A DNA stretch of 64,000 bases, taken from Trichinella spiralis. Taxonomy: Eukaryota. The stretch spans positions 7,275,566-7,339,565 of the forward strand of contig NW_003526943.1 in assembly GCF_000181795.1 (NCBI RefSeq), given 5' to 3'. The position numbers and the translations under genes were made by a program. Shown one piece after another: positions 52,448-64,000 of this stretch. Position 1 is the stretch's first letter. Each line of letters opens with the position of its first letter. The notes beneath the pieces were generated by a model. That model had not been told where the DNA came from and did no database searches. It saw only the letters and a list, made by a program, of their open reading frames with translations.

Positions 52448-55400
52448 ATGGAACGCCGACCGCAGCGAGCCGGCAAAAGCCTCGCCCGCAAAACCGCCGA
52501 ACGGATACTGGCGGCGACACGGGAAAATGGCCAGAGCAATTCGACAGAACCCGCAGGTTCAACTTCAACTTCCCTTTCAAGTCAACTCACCCCGACGGAC
52601 GACACACCCGAAAACCCCCGGCGACCCCTGGCGATGGCGCCTTCGCCCAGGCACAGTACCATGGTCGTTGTCAATCGTCAATCTTGGGATGCGGATTTGA
52701 ACGAACACTGCCCAACCGATCGAACAAGCAGACTGCGCCACTCGCTCACTTCGCCAAATTTACAACTGCCAAAAATCTACCTCTCCGACGTACGCGAAAA
52801 GTAACTCAACAACAAATAAATAAACAAATGAACAAAATATCCAATTGATTTTTAATTTTAAGCAAACGAGGAAGCATTGTCACTGCAACTCTACTTGGTC
52901 CGGATGAGTTAGATCGAATATTGCCAGGCCGGAAGCTCAACTTATTTGTTGCAACGTTCAACATGGCAGGAAAGGTATTCGAATTTCACGTTGTAAATCA
53001 TTTAAAAATATGACAAACTAATTTAAAGCATGTGGTGAAAATTTTTTTCTCTCTCTCTTTACAGTAACTGAACAACATAAATAACAGAATACAGACAAAA
53101 AATCAATACATACAATCAAACAACAGGGATTGTGTGATGTTAAAATTCCATTAAGCAAAAGATATAACAAGATTAAAATAATATCCCGCTTTTCAAAGTG
53201 CACGTGAATTTTCATATTCAACAGTGTGGAACAATTTCTTATACTTGTGTTTGAAAGTGAAAAGTGATATTTACTTTGATAAATAATAAATTTAATCAAT
53301 AGCAGTTGGCAGGGTGGAGTTGAAATTTCTCAACCGACGTTAGAAGAAAAGCTTTCTTTTTATTACGCTTTGATAGACAATTTCATTGAACGATAAATGT
53401 GTTTTCTTGACAATTATTCTGAGTATTTGCAATTTTTAATTTATTAATTTTTTTCAATAATACTTTCAATAATTAATTAATACTTTCCATTTTTTTTAAT
53501 TGAATTATTTATAAAAATTGTAAATTCAGTTATTATTAAACAGAACAAAAAACACTGAGAAATAAGAAGATAAATATGAATTATCAATTTTAGAATTTAA
53601 CGGAAAATGAATTGAAAGATTGGCTAATGCCAGCAGCCATGGAACATGCCGCCGACCTTTATGCCGTTGGCATACAAGAAGCGTCAGCTAATTGCAGCTC
53701 GTATATTAAAAAAAACAATTTTTTTTCCTCCTTTACAACTAACTCTTTCTAATTGAATTTGATTGTATTTTTATATTTGAATCTGTGCGTGCAGAAAAGA
53801 ATTTCGTATGTGGGAAAAGAGTTTGCAAAAATGCTTATCAACGTGCAAACAAGTGCTAGTACGATCGGTGTGGATGGGCGTTCAACATTTGGCATTGTTC
53901 ATTCGTCGAGAGCTCGTCTGGTTCATCTCCGGTAAGTGCAATGAAATTATCAATCATATTATCAATAAAACGAACATATATATAATTGTTGCGTGAATTT
54001 GCTTTGTATAATTTGCATGAATTCAATCTCAGAATAAAATGTTCCCAACGGTCATTGAAGAATCGTTTCGCTAACAACAATGAATAATAAATGCAATGCA
54101 ATTGAAATACAACTATGCAACAAGTGAAAATTAATTTCTCATCACAATATTCATCATGTGTGAAAAGTATTTTTTAAACAAAGCTTAATCTCATAAATAT
54201 GTTGTTAGTAGAAAATCTTCTGTCAAAAAGAATATTTTTTTGCAAAACATAAAACATCAATTATTATTATTATTTATTAAACGAAATATTAAATTTCGCC
54301 CCGTTGCCATTGATAGAATCGAACACATACGAAAAAAATACAAGGCCAATTTCCAACGTGCGAACAAAAGGAGCAATATCGATTTTCATGAAACTGTTCG
54401 GAACGACCTTCTTGTTCATCTCCTGTCATCTCAGTCGTAAGTATTCATTTATTCATACGTGAAGAGGGAAGAAAAAAAATTTTAATTTCAAAATCAATAA
54501 CCAAAGCCTTTTTTGGTGAAATGGAAACGAAAAGAAAACAAATAACACAAAACTTAACTTAGCACGTTAGCAGAAAAGCCTTATAATTGCTACAAATTCA
54601 ACAAATGATGAAAACCAAATTAAAACAAAAAAAACAACACGTTCCCATTTCAGTTGTGTTGGTAGAAATTTAAATGTACTGAAATTGAAATTTTGCCTTA
54701 GACGGCCCAGATGCCCGTCCCAGGATATCCGAATGCAACAGGATATTACAGTTCCTGCGTCAAAATATGGCCAGCTATTCGAATGAAAACGTGTTCGACG
54801 GATCCGACTACGTCCTCTGGTTTGGTGACATGAATTTCAGATTGAACGTCGATCCGGCACTGTTGGGTGCGTTGCAAAGCAGCCCCCCGACGTCCAAAGA
54901 TCTGCCTCAGCTGATCAAACGGGATCAGCTGTTGTCGGCGATGAAGCAGGGTCAATTGTTGAGCAAATTTCACGAGTGTCCAATTGAATTTTTACCCTCG
55001 TACAAGTTCATCATCGGCACAAGCGATTATTCGATCCAATTTCGACTGCCCGCCTACACGGTACTAAAGCAGAGTTGGTTTTGTTACTGTAAAATTTCAA
55101 GTTCTGTTTTCACTTTCAGGATCGCATATTATTCAAAAAGAAAGAATCGGACAACAATTTTATGGAGTGCCTTCATTATAACACAGCGTACAATATCTGC
55201 TCATCTGATCACAAGCCTGTATTCGCTCACTTCAAAGTGTACATTCAGCCTGAAATTCAAGAGTAAGCAAATTTGTTTTGCCAATTCTTTTTTCCATTCT
55301 CTTGCAAAAGTGTTACTTTCAGAAATCGAAGAAGTTCTATCATCATGTCCACTCTACATCAAAGTAATCGAATTTGCAAAAAAATAATCAATGATATTAA

Positions 55401-55482
55401 GACAATAAACATTTCAGTTATGGAAGGTAACAGACGTTGGAAACGTCACAAGGTGACATCCCAACTCTGCTCGATCATGTAA
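52448..55482 (+). CDS. INPP5E: Inositol polyphosphate 5-phosphatase E-like, multi-exon, C-terminal CaaX
   Basis: LLGPDELDRILPGRKLNLFVATFNMAGK, DLYAVGIQE, LALFIRRELVWFIS, NKGAISIF..FGTTFLFISCHL, 5-phosphatase motifs WFGDMNFR and PAYT/DRIL, SSDHKPV. Ends CSIM*. Confidence 0.88.
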
Positions 55483-55531
55483 ATATGGTATAATTTGGTC
55501 ACGGTGACGGGTGAACAACTGCTCATCTGAT

Positions 55532-55532
<1 letters not shown>

Positions 55533-55562
<30 letters not shown>
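55533..55562. repeat. (CA)n microsatellite
   Basis: About 15 CA units in the INPP5E 3' flank. Confidence 0.92.
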
Positions 55563-55564
<2 letters not shown>

Positions 55565-56837
55565 GAAAACAGCCCAGTGATATCCATACCTCAGTATAAC
55601 ACTGTCAGGACACTGCTTTCAACGATTAAAATTAATCATTACATTGACTGTGTCAAAATTACTGCATTCATTTAAATCAAGAATAACGAAAAAACTAAAA
55701 TTTACATAAAAACTGTAAAATCAACAAATTAAAAGATGAATAAAGCAAAACGGAATTCCAATGGTTGACCTTTATAAAGCATTTTCTGTTTTACCAATGC
55801 TGTCTTCATTTCTGATCAAATAAAAATAATTAATAATTGCAAAAAAGCATTATTACTGATACTGATTAATATATTCACCAATTTCAACAGTTCATTATTT
55901 ACCTTTAAATCATTATCACTACTACTATCACTTATCACTACTAGTTAATAAAAGTATAAAAAATGAAAATTTATTGAAATCAGATGTGTTATAGATCGAT
56001 CAAATAAAATGCTCAAGAAAGGGCTACTTATAGGATAGTTTTAATGAAAAAATCTTGAAAAATATGTGACAAGTGCTCAACACAAAAATATCGACATAAT
56101 GAAATACAATAGCGCATTGTTTTATAAATATTAATAACACAGGCAAGTAGCCCAAATACAGAAGAATTTTCATTTAAAAAACGTTTTCTAATATAAAATA
56201 GACGGAAGAAAAGGTTACCTGTTATGAGAAGCTCTGTATGAAGCAAACTTCTTCAACTCCAAACTTTGACAAATTCTATCATTCAAAGTACAGTAACCAA
56301 AAGATCAGTGACTCACAAGTTCAAACTTTAACAAATGCACAAATTCTGAATAAAACAACTAAACATAATATAAAAATACAGAAAAGTTATAAATAAATAA
56401 GTAAATTTATACTCATAATTGTAGATAGGTAGAACTGAAATATTTTTTTGCTTGCATTAATTTACGTGAAATAATTATGTCAAAACTTATAGTAAGAAAT
56501 TGTCAAAAGGAAATACTTTTGATTCACAAATCAAACAATTAACGTTTATTTCTTTGAATTTTTTTTTTAATTTTTTACCCTGCAGTGCGCTTACTAAGAA
56601 AAAATAATGCAATATATGCTTTTGATAATTGCTAACACATATCATAGTAGTTTCTTTGGAGTATATATACAACCTGAACATGTACTTCTTTTACCAAGTA
56701 GTAAAAAAATGTACAACGTAAATCAGGATAGCTGAAGAAATTCAAAATTCAATATCGGATGAAAATGAGTTTGAAAATATGATAATATTCAATAATAATA
56801 AAACAATAATTTGATGAGAAAACAAAAAAAAGATATT

Positions 56838-59814
56838 TTAAGGATTTTCCAATGAGGAAGATTTCTTCATCAGATCAGAAAAATCAATTGCTCCTTCCAA
56901 AGATGCAGCATTTTCTTCTAAATGAAAACAATTTGAAAACAAAAAATGAACATATGAACAACAATAAATTGAAAACCTGTCAAAGTTTCGTCATCCTGCT
57001 GATTAGTTGGTATCGACTCATTAACAGGATCAACCTTTCTGCCAACTTCGACACTTTCTTCATTTTCGCTCAATCCTAGAAAAAAAACCATTTTTAACAA
57101 TCAACATATCTAAAAAATAAACAATAAATAATACAGTCGCACTTGAAATGTTTTAACATTTGGTTAAATATTATTATCACCTGTGCAACAAAAGCATATA
57201 CACTATAAATGATATATAAATATACAATTTGATTCCCAGGACAAACAAATTGAAAAAAAAATACAGCCAATAAATAAATACAATTGAACAGGCATCAGAT
57301 AATCGTTTTAAAAAAATGCAATGAATATAATAATAAAAACCAGTAATAAAAGAATTACTTCTAAGAGATGTAACTTCATTTTCACTGACTACACTGCTGG
57401 CATCGCTGCATGACGACGATGAGACGAACGAGGCATCGCTAAAAAATAAGAAACGAATAAACGCAGAAAAAAAACTTTATTTCCTCTCCAATTCACCTGT
57501 TGTACTCCTCGCCGACAGCGACGTGCAACATCTTACGCCAAAGACGAACCTGAGAATCCCAGGATCGTCTGCTGAATTTCAAATATTTATTTGGAGTCCT
57601 TGGATGGATTCCTTTTTCTCGTTTCGACCTTTCAGTGAAAAATCATTTCTCACGCTAGAAGACAATGATAATAAATTTTGAAAATACTTAGGAACAGCAG
57701 CAATGTATTTCTTGTAAGCTTCGCTGTTGTAGCCTTTGTCCAGATCTTTCTGGCGTCGCTTCAACACCGCTTGATCCTCTTCCCAACCGTTGGTCGGTTC
57801 ACGCCATGTCGCCGGCAAAGGATACCGAAGTGGAGGTCCAACTCTCCTGAAAAAATCCAATGCATCGAGATTCAATTGATCTAATTGGTGCCAATTCATT
57901 TGCAAATTTTACTTTTTTGGTGCTTCTCCAACAGGCTTTACCACTTCGGGAAGTGTCTCCTCTTTTCTGAATGCAATCAAAAAGAAAGTTTAATTCAAAA
58001 ATATGAAATAAAAAATACAAAAAAACCTTTTGTCGGATTCCACATCGCCTGCTTCCAGTGTATTTTCTTCGTTCAGCAAATGGGGTTGTCTGGCTCTTGT
58101 CCACTGGCTTCCTTGTTTCAATTCTTCATTTGCATCAGCTTCTGCTTGTTTCGATGCCCGAGGACCAGGAGCAACTGGTCGTCGCATTCGACGATTACGC
58201 CTCGCAAATGTCGACGATTCCTGATGAGGTGGTTCACTTGAAAAGAAAAGAAATGATCCAAATCAGATAAACGTTCACGAGATTATTCAAAAATATTGGA
58301 AAATATTAAATATTTCCCAAACAACTCTTACGATTTGGAAAGCATTTGTTGCGCATAAGTAGAATGCAGCTGACTAAAATCTACCGCCGCCACTTCATGT
58401 TCTGGAACGATTGTTTCTGATGTGCTTTCTTCCACAAACGGCGCAATAACATTTGCTTCATTCTGTTGAGCACTAATCGAATAAACAATTTCATAAAATT
58501 AAAATGAACAACAATTACAATTTGCATCAGTATACAAAAAATGAACAAAATATTCACTTCATCCGTGATAATTTTTCTTTCTCATACAATTCTTCCTCTT
58601 CCATGATATCAGCCCAACTTTTCTCACCAAAATCTAAGAACAAGTTTGAATTCATCACTCAACAACAAACAAACAAACCAACAATATCCCATACCCAATA
58701 CATAATCATCAGATTCACCAAACAATTCAAAAACAGAAGACTTAATTCCAGATGTTGATAATGATGATGATGCCAGTCGCCTACAATAGTCATAACCTGT
58801 GAATTGCAATATAAATTAAAATTTCAATAAATGAAACTCACGGTTGCTTATGAGAAGCCAATTCAGAGGAATTGGAGACATTTTCATTCGACTCTTCTTG
58901 CAAAGAACTAAAGTCAGTCTACAAACAAGAAGAATCCAAAAAATTAATACATGAATAAATAAATGTTTTGTAAAGAAGCTGCTAGTCTAAGTCTCAGACT
59001 ACAATTATCATATTCAAAGAGCTTAAAATTTCATTAAAATACATAAAAATCAATGAATTAATAATGCGAATGCATGAATTCAAATTCACGAAGTTTCAAT
59101 ACAGGAATTATAATGAGTGACAACAATTTATAAATTCTGCAAAAAAATATTAATGGAACTAGTGTATCATTTCTTATTAAATAAAAGACAAATTTATCCG
59201 ACAGAAAAATTAATAAATACATTCAAATTGATACTGGATGAAAAATAATTGTTGCTTGACAATTCAATTAACCCACCCAGAACTTCCTGGTGCCCCAATT
59301 GGTGGAATAAAAATTTCCCGCCTCTACTGACAGCAAAACAAAAGCCCCAATTGTGAAGCTGCAATGAAAACTAGGTCAAGTGGGGATTAGCCAAAAAATA
59401 GGTGAATTTCAAAATAGATAATAAAAGTAGTAAAATGATTCAAATCAAATCAAAGGCGGCTTTATGGAAATTTGAAAGAAATTTTTTTTTTCAAAAATTT
59501 TTTTTTCTCTGTTCAAATCAAAATTTCAACTTCATTGTAATAATGGAGAATTTGATTATAATTAATAAAGCATTTTGCACTAAAAAAGTAAATAAAGAAG
59601 TAAATTTTAACATTCATTTCAGATGAAATGACCGAAAAAATTAATTTTTTAAAAAAAAATTTAATCCACATAATACATGAAAATGATAAATTTACATTAA
59701 TTTTTTCAGAAATCAAATAAGTGATAATAAAGAATGTAAAAGAAGCGTAATTACTGGTGATTTTTCGGCGGTGGTTCTTTTGGACGTCTTCCGAGGACTT
59801 GAAGAAGTGTCCAT
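56838..59814 (-). CDS. SLBP: Histone RNA stem-loop binding protein (SLBP/cdl-1), multi-exon
   Basis: RNA-binding domain [67 protein letters not shown], plus a SWADIMEEE motif. First exon MDTSSSPRK.. (ATG 59814) and last exon ..SSSLENP* are joined by in-phase GT-AG introns. Termini are less certain than the core. Confidence 0.88.
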
Positions 59815-60922
59815 TGTTATTTAAAACAGGCGACACGTATCACAAGATCATTCTCCTATCACAAGTACAGTATACAGTAAAAGCAATCAAGATATTTAAC
59901 AAAATGGAGCAGAAATGTTACAAAAAAATTGCTCTGTGAGATGTTCTACTTTAAAAAATACTTTATACGAATTTATTTTTGAATTAATCAAACTTGGCAA
60001 CTGAAAGGATTATTCAAAAATATTTTTTAAAAAATAGTTCAATATGAATACAGCGGAATTCATGATATTTAAATTTTTATTTTAAACTTTTTTTCACTTT
60101 TGTAATTATTTAAAAGCTTTTTACAACAAAATCAGTGCACAGTGATGGAAATTTTCATACATAAAAAAGCTATTTATTTGTTCAATAAACGAAAACTTAC
60201 CACTTAATAAAGCATTAAACATTAGGAACAAATTTCTGATTGAATATTTTTACATAAGTGTGTAAAATTCAAACACTCTATTCAAACAGTCATACTATGA
60301 TTCGGGTTATTCGAAATACTGATATGGTAAAAATTTGCATATTAAATGAATAAAATTCTCAAAGAATAATTTACGATACGTTCTTATAATATTTCGACTT
60401 CGCATTTTAATATATTATTCTAATGATAAAGTCAAATCTCACAAGTGGTTGAATTGAGTGAAAACTGGGGTAGTATAAATGAAATAATTAAGTACAATTG
60501 TAATTTGAAATTGAAATGTTCACTTCCAGTTTTGTTACATAGTACATTGACCACCGTTAGCACAATGAATTTTCTACTTTGAAAAATATTCAACCAGATG
60601 TTAATGTTCAATGAATGCATTCTTCGTTCTCTCGAGAAACACCATTGATAGTCGACATGGATATAATGAAACTTTTCAAAAACTAATTTAAAAAAGCAAA
60701 TAAAAATATTTATTGTTGTTACATGAGAAACAATAATTGAAATATCTTTTCACTAAAACAGGACATAAAAAAATTTAAAATTATTTGTTGCAACTGTAAA
60801 TTTGATTATCATTTTCAACGCGGGTTTAAAAAATAAAAGTATCATAAACCCGTGTAAAAGAGAATACAAAGAACGTCTCAAAAGCTCGCATAAAATAAGC
60901 ATATAAATAAATGTATGCTTCT

Positions 60923-63887
60923 TTATGAACAAACAAAATCCAAACTGGATGTTTCTTCAGCAATGTTATCTAACGGAAGCTGAAAACAGAAACCATGATA
61001 ATATTATTGATTGAAATAAATATAAATTTTTAAGTAAAATAATAAAATATACTCACTCGACTTCCAGTGGAAAATAATGAAACAGAATTTGTCATTCGAC
61101 TGTTGTTCGTTTCAACTTCAGCCAAACTATCATCACCACTTTGTCTTCTGTTCCTACTGGACCATCTACCGCCAAGTTTTGATAATAATGATAAAACAAA
61201 ACTTCGACGTTTCTTAGTAGGTTTCTAAAAAAACAATAAAATATAATCATAACTTATTGAACGTAATTAATATTTTGAAAAATGATTCAATCAATTTGAC
61301 GATTTACAGGATCATCATTGGGAATTTGTGTTTTTCTGGAGCTCAGCTTTTCAGTAAATGAACTTCGACTTCGGTGCAATTTCAACGCCTGACGATGCAT
61401 TGGAAAACTGTTCGAACTCTCCTTGCGCAAACTCCTCCTACATTCCAACAAATACCGAATAGCATTTTCAATCGCCACCACCCATTCATCCATCACTGAA
61501 TACTGTTCAGCATGGAGCAACAATACTTCGTCTTTGCAGATCAACTGAAAATAAGAATTATATTTAAATTTAAATTAAACTTTTTTCAAAAACATACTCT
61601 GAACATGCTCCGGCCAAGAATTCTTTCAATCATACAATGCCGTAAAGGTAGAATACAACAACACTGATAACGATTCTTTTTCTTCATTGCAGGTTTGGCG
61701 TACAGTATAATATCGGTGAAAAGCCAAAACATCCGATGACGAAAACCAGAATTTGAAGAGCTCATCTGAATGCAAATTTTCAATTGATTATCACGAATAA
61801 TTATAATAATAAATACAGGGTGCAATATCACAAGAGAAAATTAAAATTTTCCGTTTCAAATAAAACAAGTCCCCGTTTTAACAAAAGTTCCACAATTACA
61901 AATAACAATTATCGCAACCTGTGGAACAAGCAACGTTCAATAGTGTTACAATTTCAAGATCACATAATGTTATGTTGCAAGGCAATAAAATTCTCCATCA
62001 ATTATCATTACGGCTTTATTTCTGTTGAAGAACATCAATCATACATTGAACATCTGAAAAACGAACATATGGTATTTAAAGATCAAAATTTTCATCTCAT
62101 TCTGTTCAAATTGCCAACATCTGGGAAACAGAAGCTAAAAATTATTTCCACATTTCTGTTTTCTTCGAACAATTCGGACTTGTAAAAAAGAGAAAAAAAT
62201 TACTGTACACTATGAGAAATTAACCAAAAATTATTTATAAGTAAAAAATGAAATTTATTAATCAAACTTATTTGCAGATCAGTGAATTGACAAAACCAAC
62301 AACTCTTTCCATTGTCGAAATTCACTTAATGAAAAATTTATTGCACATCATGACAATCAAACCCATCACCAACAATCTCATCCCATCTTAAAAGAAATAA
62401 TCTTTAAAAAAAAGACTCAAATAATTGAACACAGTTGTTTAATGCAGTTTTCCTTTCCAAATTAAAAAAAACTGCTAATGTACAATTAATAGCAACAAAG
62501 AAAAAATGACAGCCTTCACTATTTGCTGCATTAGAGTAATTCGAAAATCGAAAACCAATTACCGCTGATCATGCATGCATTTCCGCCCGGTAAATTTTCC
62601 AAGCGGTTTTTTATTCTGTTGCAGAGTATTTTTTCCGACCAAAACTATACTGGGGATATCTATTCAAATTGCCCAACGTGTGCTAACTTCCAACTGACAG
62701 AATCGATTCCACCTTTGCGCGTTCACGTTCATTTTGCATCAAAATGTTTGCCCAAATTTGGGGAAAAAGCCTGCGGGAGTTTTCTTATTATTATTCGTTG
62801 AACAACGCTAACCAATTCGGACGTTCGGAAGAAAAAGCCTTCCCTCGTCACAGTATACAGTAACATGGATAATTAAAATTTAAATAGGAGAAAAAAAATG
62901 TGTCTGTTCTTTTTCCCCTTTTCCACTGACCTTGCTCAACAGTCCCTCTTTCAACAGTTTCCTGCCCGGCATGACCAACTTTGGCGCGCAACCGTCGAGC
63001 ATATTTTGAACGGCAATGATCTTGGCCGAATTTTCAAACTCCTCAATGCAACTGTCCACTGTTTCCGCCAATGCACCGATCTGTTGAACCAATTCTGCAA
63101 AAAGAATTTCTCCACTCAATAAATAAATAACCAATGCTATGCTAATGTAACAATAGAGAAGAGCAAAAATAAGTGAACACGCACTGGAAATTTGCAAATG
63201 TTGTCGCGACGAATTGTCCAACAATTTCAAAATTTGTTCAAGTAAAAGTTTGTATCTGAATTGAAATTCATTGATAACTAATATATATATACATATATGC
63301 AAAGCATTCTCTACAAGTACAATGTGCAATTTTACCGAGGAATGCGTTGTATTGGGGTGATAAGCAGAGCGGCTAATTTTAGACCTTTCAAAACGGGCAA
63401 GCATTCTTGCATTTCGCAGAACTGACGGAACTGTTTGTTCTTTTCCAACAATTGCAGCAACAGTTGCTGCGATGCGGAATAATTTCGACCATAAGCGGAA
63501 TACAATTTCATGAAATGAATCAAATCGCCAAACGCTTCGGCAATTTCCAAGCCGGCCATCAGACGGTCATACAACACTTGGTTGACCAGACGAATTGAAC
63601 GCAGATCTCCGAAAATGTTCGCCACTTCCCGCTGCGTCAGTATTTTTGAACACAAAAGAGGATCGGCAAAATACTGGAATAAATCAAAAATACATACATG
63701 CTTCCAAAAAAACATAAGAAAAACAATAATAATAATATCATAAAAATCAAATTACCCGTATGACAAGATCCAAATGTTCGAGATAATGACGTTCACTGGT
63801 GACAAATTCGTCGTAGATTTTCGCAAGTTGCGTTTCGGTCGATGGTTCCGGTAAGCCGCCATCACATTTTTCACTCATTTTTTCCAT
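60923..63887 (-). CDS. DH-PH Rho guanine nucleotide exchange factor (ARHGEF39/FGD-like), multi-exon
   Basis: EFVTSERHYLEHL, FMKLYSAYGRNY, LAALLITPIQRIPR/YKLLLEQIL (DH). RKLLKEGLLSK..RMFWLFTDIILYAK..EWVVAIENAI (PH). Last exon LPLDNIAEETSSLDFVCS*. Confidence 0.85.
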
Positions 63888-64000
63888 CACCAATATCCAC
63901 TGTATCGATCAACGGGTAAAAAGTTGCTAAAAACAACGGTAAACTTTCAGCTATGGGCAAAAAAAAATATTACATGTAGAATTTCAAAAAAATAATCACA

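Noticed and set aside
57818..57826. U12-type 5' splice-site match GTATCCTTT on the minus strand
   Set aside because: It lies inside the open SLBP exon ([12 protein letters not shown]) leading into the RNA-binding domain; no intron is needed.

Overview
AT-rich eukaryotic genomic DNA with many short GT-AG introns. Gene content and style suggest a nematode, plausibly Trichinella or a relative (inference). There are three 10-N assembly gaps. Intron-containing host genes, left to right: HIP1/Sla2 (5' part, -), NONO/SFPQ-like (+), MsrB (+), a divergent tetraspanin (-), eIF5B (-), Yurt/EPB41L5 FERM protein (+), presenilin (5' part, -), TELO2/clk-2 (-), INPP5E (+), SLBP (-) and a DH-PH RhoGEF (-). 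Between about 28.6 and 43 kb lies a transposon island: a decayed piggyBac with TIRs, several MITEs, a Ty3/Gypsy element with both LTRs and a 4-bp TSD, and a MULE pseudogene. The most striking feature sits inside this island. A fully intact, intronless 846-codon 6-phosphofructokinase lies inside the skeleton of a decayed BEL/Pao LTR retrotransposon: 5'LTR, gag-like remnant apparently supplying the start codon, PFK with its 3'UTR, integrase C-terminal remnant, PPT, 3'LTR. It looks like an LTR-transduced, domesticated glycolytic retrogene. Exon boundaries and family assignments were made by eye, without database searches.
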